The position numbers were made by a program, and so were the translations under genes. A DNA stretch of 32,000 nucleotides from Alkanindiges illinoisensis DSM 15370 (GTDB lineage Bacteria > Pseudomonadota > Gammaproteobacteria > Pseudomonadales > Moraxellaceae): contig NZ_JHUX01000008.1 in NCBI RefSeq assembly GCF_000619845.1, positions 90,001 through 122,000 on the forward strand. The letters run 5' to 3'. Shown here piece by piece: positions 8,554-17,323 of the stretch (the first letter of the stretch is position 1; each line of letters begins with the position of its first letter). The notes under the pieces are model-generated. The model worked only from the letters and a program-made list of their open reading frames with translations, was not told the origin of the DNA and ran no database searches.

Positions 8554-8849
8554 CCGATAAGCAAGACGAATAGTGATAAACTTCTTACAGAAGACCAAAA
8601 CATATACATTTGAGAATCAACATAATATTTACCAAAAACCCAAGTAAAAAATCAAAATGTAACTGGGGGAAGTATTTTTAGCCAAGCGGATAACTGATGT
8701 AACAAATTTCCATCAATTCCGGGGCTTGCTGTAGCAGTTTGGTGAATGGCATATTGTTTACAATGTAAACGGTGTATATTGGCGCAAGGTAATTAGACCG
8801 TATCTACTTTATTTTTAACAGATACTCAGCTTATTTTGGGGAAAAACAG

Positions 8850-9569
8850 ATGACGCAAGAAGAGAAATTGCCAAGGATTTTAATTGTTGAGGATGACGAA
8901 CGTCTGGCAACATTAACCCAGGATTACCTGATCAGAAATGGCCTGGAAGTTGGTGTTGAAACGGATGGTAACCGTGCCATTCGCCGTATTATTGCCGAGC
9001 AACCAGATATGGTCGTGCTGGATGTAATGCTGCCGGGTGCAGATGGCCTGACCGTTTGCCGCGAAGTTCGTCCTCATTATCACCATCCGATTCTGATGCT
9101 GACTGCCCGTACTGAAGACATGGATCAGGTATTGGGACTGGAAATGGGTGCGGATGATTACGTGCCAAAACCTGTACAGCCTCGTGTGCTACTAGCCCGT
9201 ATTCGTGCCTTGCTGCGCCGTACCGATAAAGTGGTTGACGAAGAAGTCGCTCAGCGTCTTGAGTTTGATGATCTGGTGATTGATAACGGTGGCCGCTCAG
9301 TGACCCTGTCTGGCGAACTGGTTGATTTTACCAGTGCTGAATATGATCTGTTGTGGTTACTGGCATCCAATGCTGGCCGTATCCTGTCGCGCGAAGACAT
9401 TTTTGAGCGTCTGCGTGGTATTGAATACGATGGTCAGGATCGTTCCATTGATGTGCGTATTTCCCGTATCCGTCCAAAAATTGGCGATGATCCGGAAAAC
9501 CCGAAACGCATCAAGACCGTACGCAGTAAGGGCTATCTGTTTGTTAAAGAGTCGACCAACGGCTTGTGA
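8850..9569 (+). CDS. bfmR: OmpR-family response regulator, BfmR type
   Basis: 239 aa. Receiver domain (ILIVEDDERL...VVLDVMLPGADG) plus winged-helix output (...RSIDVRISRIRPKIGDDPENPKRIKTVRSKGYLF). It is near-identical in pattern to Acinetobacter BfmR as I recall it, and sits beside nrdA as in A. baumannii. Confidence 0.88.
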   Translation: MTQEEKLPRILIVEDDERLATLTQDYLIRNGLEVGVETDGNRAIRRIIAEQPDMVVLDVMLPGADGLTVCREVRPHYHHPILMLTARTEDMDQVLGLEMGADDYVPKPVQPRVLLARIRALLRRTDKVVDEEVAQRLEFDDLVIDNGGRSVTLSGELVDFTSAEYDLLWLLASNAGRILSREDIFERLRGIEYDGQDRSIDVRISRIRPKIGDDPENPKRIKTVRSKGYLFVKESTNGL

Positions 9570-9617
9570 TTTTCAGAACACCCTACACCAATAATAGTTA
9601 TAAATTAAACGCAAAAG

Positions 9618-9659
9618 CACACTGGTTGACCTGTTTATTCAGCGAACAGTGTGTTTTTT
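9618..9659 (+). terminator. hairpin plus T6 in the bfmR-bfmS spacer (possible partial terminator/attenuator)
   Basis: Stem CACACTG (9618-9624) / CAGTGTG (9647-9653) with a 22-nt loop that holds an inner CTGTT/AACAG pairing, then TTTTTT (9654-9659). Confidence 0.4.
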
Positions 9660-9759
9660 GTCACTTTAAATTGTGTTTCATAAAATTTGCCTTAGAATAT
9701 GTCGTTTTTTAAAATACACGCGCTCCTGTAGCTGGCGTTGAAAATAATGAGGTTTAAGA

Positions 9760-11373
9760 TTGCGGCATAGTATATTTTTTCGTATTTACGCAAGTCTTGT
9801 CTTATTATGTGTGGTAGTCGCGCTCATTGCCTACCTGCTGGTACAAGGTGTAAATTATAAGCGTGCACAGGCCTACCGTGAGGAAATGGCCGCCGGTGTA
9901 TTTTATATCATTACCCAAGGTATTGCCCGCCAGACCTCTGCGCAAACCCGACAAAACTGGCTGGATGATGCCAGTATCCTGCTGAATCTACCGCTTAAAC
10001 TGGTGCCTAACGATTCCATTGAATTTAGTCGGCGCGAACAGGAATTGCTGGAACACGAAAAATCAGTCGTTCGTTATAACAGCGATAAAATTCAGGCAGA
10101 CATTTATACCAAAGTTCCCAATGAAAATTTGCTATTAGCCACCCGGGTTGATAAGGCGGGTGAACAGCAAATTAAAGCCATGGCAGTTTTTATGCTGGAT
10201 GATCTGGTGTATTACCCGGGTCAGGAACAAAAACGCCTAAAAGAAATTCGTCAACATTTTCCCTATCCGATTTCGATTCAGTCAGTGAGCAAGCTGGGAC
10301 TAGATATTGACCAGTTATCCCGGATTCGCCGTAAAGAAGTGATCATGCTGTTGCGTGATGGCGCATCAGCGACTGGCACCAGTATTTCGGTGGTTAGCCC
10401 AACTGGCAATGGCAATGAAGTGCTGGTTATGGGCCCGATTCCCATGTTTAACTGGCTGCCATTTCACCTGTTTGCCAGCGTTACACTGATTGGTCTGCTG
10501 CTGATTAGCCTTGGCGTGTATTCACTGATTTTGCCACTGGAACGTAAGATCCGGCTGGTGCGCAATGGCTTGAATCAGGTGCGTACTGGTAATCTGGATG
10601 CGCGCGTGCAAGTGGATGGCGAAGATGAAATTGATACACTGGCCTTGAGCTTCAACGGCATGGCCGAGCACATCAAGCGCCTGATTGAAGCCCAGCGTGA
10701 ACTCACCCGTGCAGTATCGCATGAGCTGCGTACTCCGGTGGCGCGAGTGCGTTTTGGGGTGGAAATGCTGGCTGACACCGATGATTATGAAAGTCGTCTG
10801 GAACAGCAACTGATGATTGATAAGGATATTGAAGCTCTCAATACCCTGATTGATGAAATCCTCACCTATGCCAAGCTGGAGCAAGGCACGCCATCCCTGA
10901 ATTTTGAAGAAGTAGCACTGTATAAGCTGGTGCGTCAGGTTGCTGAAGAAACCCGCAATCTGGGGCTAGAGCCACAGGTGCTCACGCTGGAACCGGATCA
11001 TGAGCTGTTGGTTTCTGCAGAAAAACTGTATCTGCACCGGGTAATGCAAAATCTGGCAGGTAATGCCATGCGTTATGCCAACCGCAAGATCCGCATTAGT
11101 GGCGGCGTGGAAAACGGTAAGGCTTATATCTGCGTGGAAGATGATGGCCCGGGTATCCCGGAGAAAGATCGTGAAAAAATCTTTGAGCCATTTTCCCGTC
11201 TGGATGACAGCCGGACACGTGCTGCGGGTTCTGCGGGTGGCTATGGCTTGGGGCTTTCCATTGTGTCCAGGATTGCATTCTGGTTTGGCGGTCACATTAG
11301 TGTAGACCAAAGTCCGGACTTGGGCGGTGCACGCTTTAAAATGTGCTGGCCGGTAAAACGTCCTCGTACCTAG
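9760..11373 (+). CDS. bfmS: sensor histidine kinase, BfmS type (TM-periplasmic-TM-HAMP-HisKA-HATPase)
   Basis: 537 aa. TTG start at 9760, with GAGG 7 nt upstream. H-box ...RAVSHELRTPVARV... and the N/G boxes of HATPase_c (...MQNLAGNAMRYA..., ...DDGPGIP..., ...GGYGLGLSIV...). Confidence 0.85.
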   Translation: MRHSIFFRIYASLVLLCVVVALIAYLLVQGVNYKRAQAYREEMAAGVFYIITQGIARQTSAQTRQNWLDDASILLNLPLKLVPNDSIEFSRREQELLEHEKSVVRYNSDKIQADIYTKVPNENLLLATRVDKAGEQQIKAMAVFMLDDLVYYPGQEQKRLKEIRQHFPYPISIQSVSKLGLDIDQLSRIRRKEVIMLLRDGASATGTSISVVSPTGNGNEVLVMGPIPMFNWLPFHLFASVTLIGLLLISLGVYSLILPLERKIRLVRNGLNQVRTGNLDARVQVDGEDEIDTLALSFNGMAEHIKRLIEAQRELTRAVSHELRTPVARVRFGVEMLADTDDYESRLEQQLMIDKDIEALNTLIDEILTYAKLEQGTPSLNFEEVALYKLVRQVAEETRNLGLEPQVLTLEPDHELLVSAEKLYLHRVMQNLAGNAMRYANRKIRISGGVENGKAYICVEDDGPGIPEKDREKIFEPFSRLDDSRTRAAGSAGGYGLGLSIVSRIAFWFGGHISVDQSPDLGGARFKMCWPVKRPRT

Positions 11374-11410
11374 GCCTTCACGTACCTAAGCCTTTGGGTA
11401 ACACATGAAA

Positions 11411-11439
11411 AAAGCGGCTCAAGCAATGGGCCGCTTTTT
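11411..11439. terminator. bidirectional hairpin terminator after bfmS
   Basis: Stem AGCGGC (11413-11418) / GCCGCT (11430-11435), flanked by an A-run and T5. Confidence 0.6.
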
Positions 11440-11500
11440 GTTGGCTGGGATTTATTTTTTGCTTTAACCAGCAGCCAGCTTTTAGACCAGCAAAAGTATT

Positions 11501-11929
11501 TTAAACTTTGAGTTTCTTTAAACCCTTTTTAATGCCACTTTGCAGGCTGGCCTTAACAATCGGGCCAATCAGTGGCAGTCGGCCTTTAAATTCAATGGTG
11601 TAGTCCAAGCGTGAGCGATTACCCAAATCAATAAACTTCATAATGCCATAGTGATTTTTAATGGGTGCAATGCCTTTGGTAATGGCATATTCAATCAATT
11701 CATTTTCACGATAGACCAGTGTGGTTTCAACAAAGGATGGTGCCAGCGGTAAAGACATCTTACGGGCTGAACCCACGCCATTGCGGCTATCTTTACCATC
11801 CTGAAGGCGCTGAATATTCATTGGTGCAAAAATCTGGCGCAGGTTTTCATGTTCACTGAGCGCAGCAAATAGCTTGGCAACCGGAAAATCAAATTCCTGA
11901 ACGATATGGACTTTTTGTGTTTTTAGCAT
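11501..11929 (-). CDS. SRPBCC (START/polyketide-cyclase-like) family protein
   Basis: I chose the internal start MLKTQKVHIVQEFDFPVAKLFAALSEHENL... (ATG at 11929-11927), giving 142 aa. Size and alternating beta/helix pattern fit SRPBCC ligand-binding proteins. The family call is from memory only. Confidence 0.55.
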   Translation of the reverse strand: MLKTQKVHIVQEFDFPVAKLFAALSEHENLRQIFAPMNIQRLQDGKDSRNGVGSARKMSLPLAPSFVETTLVYRENELIEYAITKGIAPIKNHYGIMKFIDLGNRSRLDYTIEFKGRLPLIGPIVKASLQSGIKKGLKKLKV

Positions 11930-12089
11930 GTGAGTTACCTGAGGGAAGAAAAATGGGTTCCCTGCATAGTAGGCTACTGGCATTATTTTGACAATATGGC
12001 TTGTCAAAACAAATAATAATGGAGAAAGTTATTACTTAGCTATTAAAACGAATGCCTGACATAGGGCGGTTTTGTATGCAATTAAAATG

Positions 12090-12548
12090 CTAGCCTTCCA
12101 GTAACTCGTTAATCGCCTGATAAATGTGATGCTTCTGCTGCATCGGATCATGATAACTGTGAGTAATATTTTCAATGCTAAAAATTTTTCTGTACTGATG
12201 TTTAAGCAAATAGTCACTGGGCTGGCAAATCAGGACTTTAGGATATTTGCGCTTGCCAAACTGGTCAGCAGTGATATCAATCACGATATGATCATCGGTG
12301 AGCCACACATGGCATTTACGGCTACCACGTAGCTTAAAAGCAGTGACAATATTAAAATCAGCATAGCCTTTTGACTTTAAATAGGCATTTAGCATTTCAC
12401 TGGTGTAATCGCACCATAGGATTGGAAAAGTATTCAGGTTACTGCCAGCGTAATGTAAATGAGGATAGATTTCAGGTTGATCACGTAAGGTTTCCATGGC
12501 AGTTCTAAAGCGGGTTACATGCTTAGTAATATCTTGCAGGTTACTCAT
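12090..12548 (-). CDS. hypothetical 152-aa protein with a Cys...His...Asp pattern reminiscent of transglutaminase-like/papain-fold cores
   Basis: ORF is intact and AT-richer than its flanks. The segment ...FPILWCDYTSEMLNAYLKSKGY...CHVWLTDDHIVIDITADQF... resembles the C-x2-F...H-x-W...D order of transglutaminase-like enzymes. No clear RBS. Confidence 0.45.
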   Translation of the reverse strand: MSNLQDITKHVTRFRTAMETLRDQPEIYPHLHYAGSNLNTFPILWCDYTSEMLNAYLKSKGYADFNIVTAFKLRGSRKCHVWLTDDHIVIDITADQFGKRKYPKVLICQPSDYLLKHQYRKIFSIENITHSYHDPMQQKHHIYQAINELLEG

Positions 12549-12862
12549 AAAATAATGCAGCTTATAAAATAGGCGCGTAGTGTAGTTGAAGCCAGCCAGA
12601 TAATCTGGATGCTACATCTTTGCTTACCTTAATTGTAGAGGTAGGTCTAGTAGATCAAGGTCACGCGGCAAAATGATAAGGTGTGGTCGTTCTAAGTCTT
12701 TGCTACATCGACCATAGCGCTTATCTTGCACTCGGGTGGATGAACAACAACGTTCTGCAAGACGAAGTAAAGCCACTAATTCTCGCATTTGAGCATATGA
12801 GACATATATGTCGCAAGGTCTTGCGCCCAGGTAGAGTAATACTCCGCTTCTCCTCGTTCACA

Positions 12863-12871
12863 TGGTATAAT
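12863..12871 (+). promoter_or_regulatory. extended -10 promoter element for prfC
   Basis: TGGTATAAT (TGnTATAAT), about 40 nt upstream of the prfC ATG. Confidence 0.45.
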
Positions 12872-12909
12872 TCGCGCCTTATTTTTTTTGGTCTGTTGGA
12901 TTGGTGGTT

Positions 12910-14505
12910 ATGACTGATTTTGCTCAAGAGCTGGCGCAGCAAGTTGCGCAGCGCAGAACCTTTGCGATTATTAGTCACCCGGATGCCGGTAAAACCACCA
13001 TGACTGAAAAGTTGCTACTGTGGGGCAAGGCCATTCAGGTGGCAGGAACTGTTAAAAGTCGCAAGTCTGACCGTGCTGCCACTTCGGACTGGATGGAAAT
13101 GGAAAAAGAGCGTGGCATTTCCATCACGACTTCGGTCATGCAATTTCCCTATAAAAACCATATTATTAATTTGCTGGATACACCGGGACACGAAGACTTT
13201 TCCGAAGATACCTATCGCACACTCACCGCAGTGGATTCTGCCCTGATGGTGATTGACGGTGCAAAGGGCGTTGAGGAGCGCACCATCAAGCTGATGGAAG
13301 TGTGCCGTATGCGCGATACGCCCATCATTTCCTTTGTCAACAAAATGGACCGTGAAATTCGTGATCCACTTGAGCTGCTGGATGAAATTGAAAGCGTGCT
13401 GAAGATTCGATGCGTGCCAGTTACCTGGCCGATTGGCACGGGCAAGGACTTTGCGGGTGTTTATCATCTGGGCCAAAATAAAACCTATTTATACCAGCAT
13501 GGGCAAGGTTCCCGCATTGTCGAGCTCGAAGTCCGTGAGGGTTATGATTATCCGGATATCCGTGAAAAAGTGGGTGTACTGGCGTTTCAGGCCTTTGAAG
13601 AATCCCTTGAGCTGGCACAAATGGCGCATGAGGATTTTGACCAGCAGCAGTTTTTAACAGGGAAACAAACACCTGTGCTGTTTGGTACAGCGCTGGGCAA
13701 TTTTGGGGTCGATCAGGTTTTAAATGCCTTTGTAGATTGGGCACCAGCTCCCAAAGCTCATCCTGCCAAAGAGCGTCAGGTAGATGCTACCGAAGCAGGA
13801 TTTAGCGGTTTTGTGTTTAAGATCCAGGCCAACATGGACCCCAAACATCGTGACCGGGTTGCCTTTATGCGTATTTGTTCCGGCAAGTATGAAAAAGGCC
13901 TGAAAATGAACCATGTGCGGCTGGGCAAGGAAGTGCGGATTAGTGATGCACTGACTTTTCTGGCTGGTGAGCGTGAACATCTGGAAGAAGCATGGCCCGG
14001 TGACATTATTGGCCTGCATAATCACGGCACCATTCAGATTGGCGATACCTTTACCAATGGCGAGAATTTGCACTTTACCGGGATTCCACATTTTGCTCCT
14101 GAAATGTTTCGCCGTGTTCGTTTAAAAGATCCCTTAAAATCAAAGCAATTGCAAAAAGGCTTAAAGGAATTATCAGAAGAAGGGGCAACGCAGGTATTTA
14201 TGCCACAAATCAGCAATGACCTGATTCTGGGGGCAGTTGGGGTATTACAGTTTGATGTGGTGGCCTATCGTTTAAAAGAAGAATATAAAGTCGATTGTGT
14301 CTATGAACCAATTAGCGTCAATACTGTGCGCTGGATTCACTGTGACGATGAAAAGACCTTAAATGAATTCAAGAAAAAAGCGCATGATCAACTGTCACTG
14401 GATGGGGGCGGCCACCTGACTTATTTGGCGCCAAGCCGGGTCAACCTGCAAATCATGCAGGAGCGCTGGCCGGATATTGAGTTTAGGTCAACCCGTGAGC
14501 ACTAA
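12910..14505 (+). CDS. prfC: peptide chain release factor 3 (GTPase)
   Basis: ...[39 protein letters not shown]...[25 protein letters not shown]... is collinear with E. coli PrfC. I chose ATG 12910 rather than the track's TTG at 12901. Confidence 0.93.
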   Translation: MTDFAQELAQQVAQRRTFAIISHPDAGKTTMTEKLLLWGKAIQVAGTVKSRKSDRAATSDWMEMEKERGISITTSVMQFPYKNHIINLLDTPGHEDFSEDTYRTLTAVDSALMVIDGAKGVEERTIKLMEVCRMRDTPIISFVNKMDREIRDPLELLDEIESVLKIRCVPVTWPIGTGKDFAGVYHLGQNKTYLYQHGQGSRIVELEVREGYDYPDIREKVGVLAFQAFEESLELAQMAHEDFDQQQFLTGKQTPVLFGTALGNFGVDQVLNAFVDWAPAPKAHPAKERQVDATEAGFSGFVFKIQANMDPKHRDRVAFMRICSGKYEKGLKMNHVRLGKEVRISDALTFLAGEREHLEEAWPGDIIGLHNHGTIQIGDTFTNGENLHFTGIPHFAPEMFRRVRLKDPLKSKQLQKGLKELSEEGATQVFMPQISNDLILGAVGVLQFDVVAYRLKEEYKVDCVYEPISVNTVRWIHCDDEKTLNEFKKKAHDQLSLDGGGHLTYLAPSRVNLQIMQERWPDIEFRSTREH

Positions 14506-14796
14506 ACCTGCCTGGAACAATCAGCAGCACTTTCCATTAAAGTCAGTTGTCAAATTATCGGCAGTGGCTTTAATGGCCTTATTCATGCCGCGTAGCCTGC
14601 ACCGAGACAAGGGCTTCCCAAAACCAGAAGTTAAACCACAGAACGGGACAGTAAGCTCAACGCCGTGTACAGATTGTGGTGAAAAGTCTTCATCAATTAC
14701 AGATTAACCATAAAATCACCTTAGCACTACTGATCAAAATTATTAAATTTAGCTTTAAAATCAAAACAGTTTTTTAAACAACCATGCATTAATCTT

Positions 14797-15696
14797 ATGA
14801 ATAAAATTGTACTGAGTAGCATGCTGGCCTGTAGTTGCTTGCTTGGCGTCACGGCCTGTCAAAAACATAATGAAACTGCTGAACAGGTTAAAACACCCAC
14901 CCCTGCAACGACAGCAGCACAGGCTGCTACGGGTCAGCTTAGTGCCAAGACCATAAAGGCAAGTTATGTGCTGCCTGCCTGTGAGGGCGAAGGCTGCCCG
15001 CAGGTTGATATTCAGCGTCTGGAAACTGACAAGCCGTGGATTAACCAGTTTCTGGATCAAAAAATCCTTGAGTTATCCAATGTGCAGCTCAGTGAACAAC
15101 CTGCCAAGCTGACCACCTTGCAAGCCAATGTGGATCGTTTTGTTCAGGCAGCCAAACAGGACAGCGTAGCGCGTGGTGCCCCGGTGCCTTATACCATGCA
15201 GGTTACTCCTGAGTTTTTGGGTGAGAAAGGCAATATTGCCCTGTTCAAACTGAGTGCAGCGTTTTATACAGGCGGCGCACATGGCAGCGCGCTGGATAAC
15301 TATTACACTCTGGATTTAAAGCAGAAAAAGCAGCTTAAATTGGCCGATATCATGCTGGCTGAGCAACAACCTAAACTGCATGAACTGGTGCATCAGCAAT
15401 ATGCATACTGGGTGAAGCAAAATGGCCTCTCTGCTGACTTGGCAAAATATGAACAGGACTGGCCGTTCAAGCTGACCGATAATTTCACCTTCGGCAGTGA
15501 AGGCTTGGTGTTTTCATACGGGCAGTATGAAATTGGCCCTTATGCAGTAGGCATGCCGGAGTTCACTATTCCTTATGCCCAGTTAACCGGGATTATCAAG
15601 CCAGAATACCTGACGCCACCCCTGCAATTGCAAAAACAGTTACTGCAACAACCACAAGCTGCTGCTGAGCAAAATGCTTCCGCTACCACTGATTGA
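14797..15696 (+). CDS. lipoprotein with DUF3298/RsiV-like domain
   Basis: Signal peptide with lipobox LLGVTAC, and the hallmark ...FYTGGAHGS... motif of DUF3298-type domains. Confidence 0.7.
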   Translation: MNKIVLSSMLACSCLLGVTACQKHNETAEQVKTPTPATTAAQAATGQLSAKTIKASYVLPACEGEGCPQVDIQRLETDKPWINQFLDQKILELSNVQLSEQPAKLTTLQANVDRFVQAAKQDSVARGAPVPYTMQVTPEFLGEKGNIALFKLSAAFYTGGAHGSALDNYYTLDLKQKKQLKLADIMLAEQQPKLHELVHQQYAYWVKQNGLSADLAKYEQDWPFKLTDNFTFGSEGLVFSYGQYEIGPYAVGMPEFTIPYAQLTGIIKPEYLTPPLQLQKQLLQQPQAAAEQNASATTD

Positions 15697-16525
15697 TACG
15701 CATACACATTTTGATGTGCCGGAGTTTGATCATGACCGGCTGGTATTGGCAAAGCTTGCCAAGCAGCGGGGTGTGCAAGCAGTAGTACTGATTGGCTTTC
15801 TGGCAGAGCGCTTTGATACATTGGTACAGGTGCAGCAGCAAATTAATCAGGCAGCAGCAGAGCATCCACAAGCTTTGCTGGCACCCGGGCTGCATCCTTT
15901 TTATATTCATGAGCATACAACTGAACATTTGTTAAAGCTTGAGCAATTACTTAAAAGCCAGCAGGTGGTGGCTATTGGTGAAATCGGACTGGATACCTTT
16001 ACCAAGGAAATGAAACAACCCGAAGTGTTTGCTCGGCAACAGGAATTTTTTTCAGCACAACTGGAACTGGCGCAACAGTACAACCTACCAGTGCTATTGC
16101 ATATTCGTCGTGCACATGCAGAAACACTGGCCCTATTAAAAAAACATCGCTTCAAGCAGGGTGGTATTGCCCATGCCTTTGGTGGCGGAATACAGGAAGC
16201 CAAGGCATTTATACAGATGGGATTTAAACTTGGGGTAACTGGACAGGTGACCAATCCGAATGCCAAGCGCTTGCATCAGGTGATTCAGGCCGTTGGCGCA
16301 GATCATCTGGTACTGGAAACCGATTGCCCGGATATGACACCGCTATGCTGCCAGCAATCGCATGAGCATCGTACCCGCAATACGCCAGCCAATTTGCCGT
16401 TTGTACTGGATAGCCTTGCCAGCTATCTTCAGCAAGAAAAACAAGCACTGGCCCGGCAAATTTGGCAAAATACCTGTGAAGCCCTCAATCTGGACTGGTC
16501 TTATCCACATGTCACTGTCATCTGA
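15674..16525 (+). CDS. TatD-family metal-dependent hydrolase (YjjV-like)
   Basis: ...LIDTHTHFD... N-terminal His cluster, ...GEIGLD..., ...LPVLLHIRRAH..., ...LVLETDCPDM... The start overlaps the preceding gene by 23 nt. Confidence 0.85.
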   Translation: MLPLPLIDTHTHFDVPEFDHDRLVLAKLAKQRGVQAVVLIGFLAERFDTLVQVQQQINQAAAEHPQALLAPGLHPFYIHEHTTEHLLKLEQLLKSQQVVAIGEIGLDTFTKEMKQPEVFARQQEFFSAQLELAQQYNLPVLLHIRRAHAETLALLKKHRFKQGGIAHAFGGGIQEAKAFIQMGFKLGVTGQVTNPNAKRLHQVIQAVGADHLVLETDCPDMTPLCCQQSHEHRTRNTPANLPFVLDSLASYLQQEKQALARQIWQNTCEALNLDWSYPHVTVI

Positions 16526-17312
16526 TCCTTTTGCCACGCAACTTACTACTGACAGCGACGAATATGAACGTCGCTTTGCTGGATCTGCCAAAGTTTATGG
16601 CGAACAGGCATTTAGCCATTTTGAGCAGGCACATGTGATGGTAATTGGTATTGGCGGTGTGGGTTCGTGGGCTGTTGAGGCATTAGTACGTAGTGGGGTA
16701 GGCACACTAACGCTGATTGATATGGATGTGCTAGTGGCGTCCAATATCAACCGACAACTTCCGGCGCTCACTGAAACCTTTGGCCATGGCAAAATTGATG
16801 TTATGGCAGCACGTGCTAAAGGTATTAATCCACGCATCCGTTTAAATTTAGTTGATGATTTCCTTACCCCAGATAATCTAAAAACACTGATTGAGCAATA
16901 TCAGCCCGATATTATTTTAGATTGCATTGATGATGTAAAAGCCAAGATTGCGCTAATTCTCCATTGCCGTTTTAATAAGATTCCATTAATTGTGTCGGGT
17001 GGGGCAGGGGGGAAATTAGACCCGCTAAAAATCCGGGTAGCAGATTTATCCAAAACCGAGCAAGACCCGATGCTGGCCAAGATCCGTAGCGAACTGCGCA
17101 ACAAGGGAATCTGCAAAAAGCCCAAGGACAAGTTTGGCATTACCTGTATTTATTCAGTGGATAATCCGTTTAGCAATACAGCCGCTTGTGAAACTGCAGT
17201 TAATAGTAGTGCTGGCCTGCGTTGTGGTGGCTATGGCTCGGCTGTAGCTGTCACTGCGACGTTTGGCATGGTCGCAGTGGCTGAAGTTTTGAAGAAACTA
17301 GGAAAAGTTTAA
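16509..17312 (+). CDS. tcdA: tRNA threonylcarbamoyladenosine dehydratase (ThiF/MoeB-like E1 fold)
   Basis: I chose the internal ATG at 16509, giving 267 aa (E. coli TcdA is about 268 aa). ...RRFAGSAKVYGEQAF...VMVIGIGGVGSWAVEALVRSGVGTLTLIDMD...NINRQ... It overlaps the tatD-family gene by 17 nt. Confidence 0.85.
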   Translation: MSLSSDPFATQLTTDSDEYERRFAGSAKVYGEQAFSHFEQAHVMVIGIGGVGSWAVEALVRSGVGTLTLIDMDVLVASNINRQLPALTETFGHGKIDVMAARAKGINPRIRLNLVDDFLTPDNLKTLIEQYQPDIILDCIDDVKAKIALILHCRFNKIPLIVSGGAGGKLDPLKIRVADLSKTEQDPMLAKIRSELRNKGICKKPKDKFGITCIYSVDNPFSNTAACETAVNSSAGLRCGGYGSAVAVTATFGMVAVAEVLKKLGKV

Positions 17313-17323
17313 GTTAATAACTG

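Noticed and set aside
8421-8609. 62-aa minus-strand ORF in the nrdA-bfmR intergenic region.
   Set aside because: It is built from the 12-bp DnaA-box-like repeat array, has no RBS and has odd composition. It is better explained as regulatory DNA.
8498-8700. The DnaA-box array as a replication origin (oriC).
   Set aside because: No dnaA/dnaN/rpmH context and no recognisable 13-mer DUE repeats. The array sits in a promoter region of nrdA, where DnaA boxes are known in E. coli, so a regulatory or titration role is more parsimonious.
12683-12978. ORFs 12683..12913 (+, 76 aa) and 12721..12978 (-, 85 aa) in or over the prfC upstream region.
   Set aside because: The two overlap each other, and both overlap the prfC promoter and start region. 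They have no RBS and unconvincing composition.
14477-14707. 76-aa plus-strand ORF overlapping the prfC 3' end, plus 20- and 21-codon minus-strand mini-ORFs (for example MNKAIKATADNLTTDFNGKCC) in the 290-bp prfC-lipoprotein spacer.
   Set aside because: The 76-aa ORF has a TTG start inside prfC, no RBS and non-protein-like composition. The mini-ORFs lack convincing RBSs and I cannot show conservation, so they stay uncalled.
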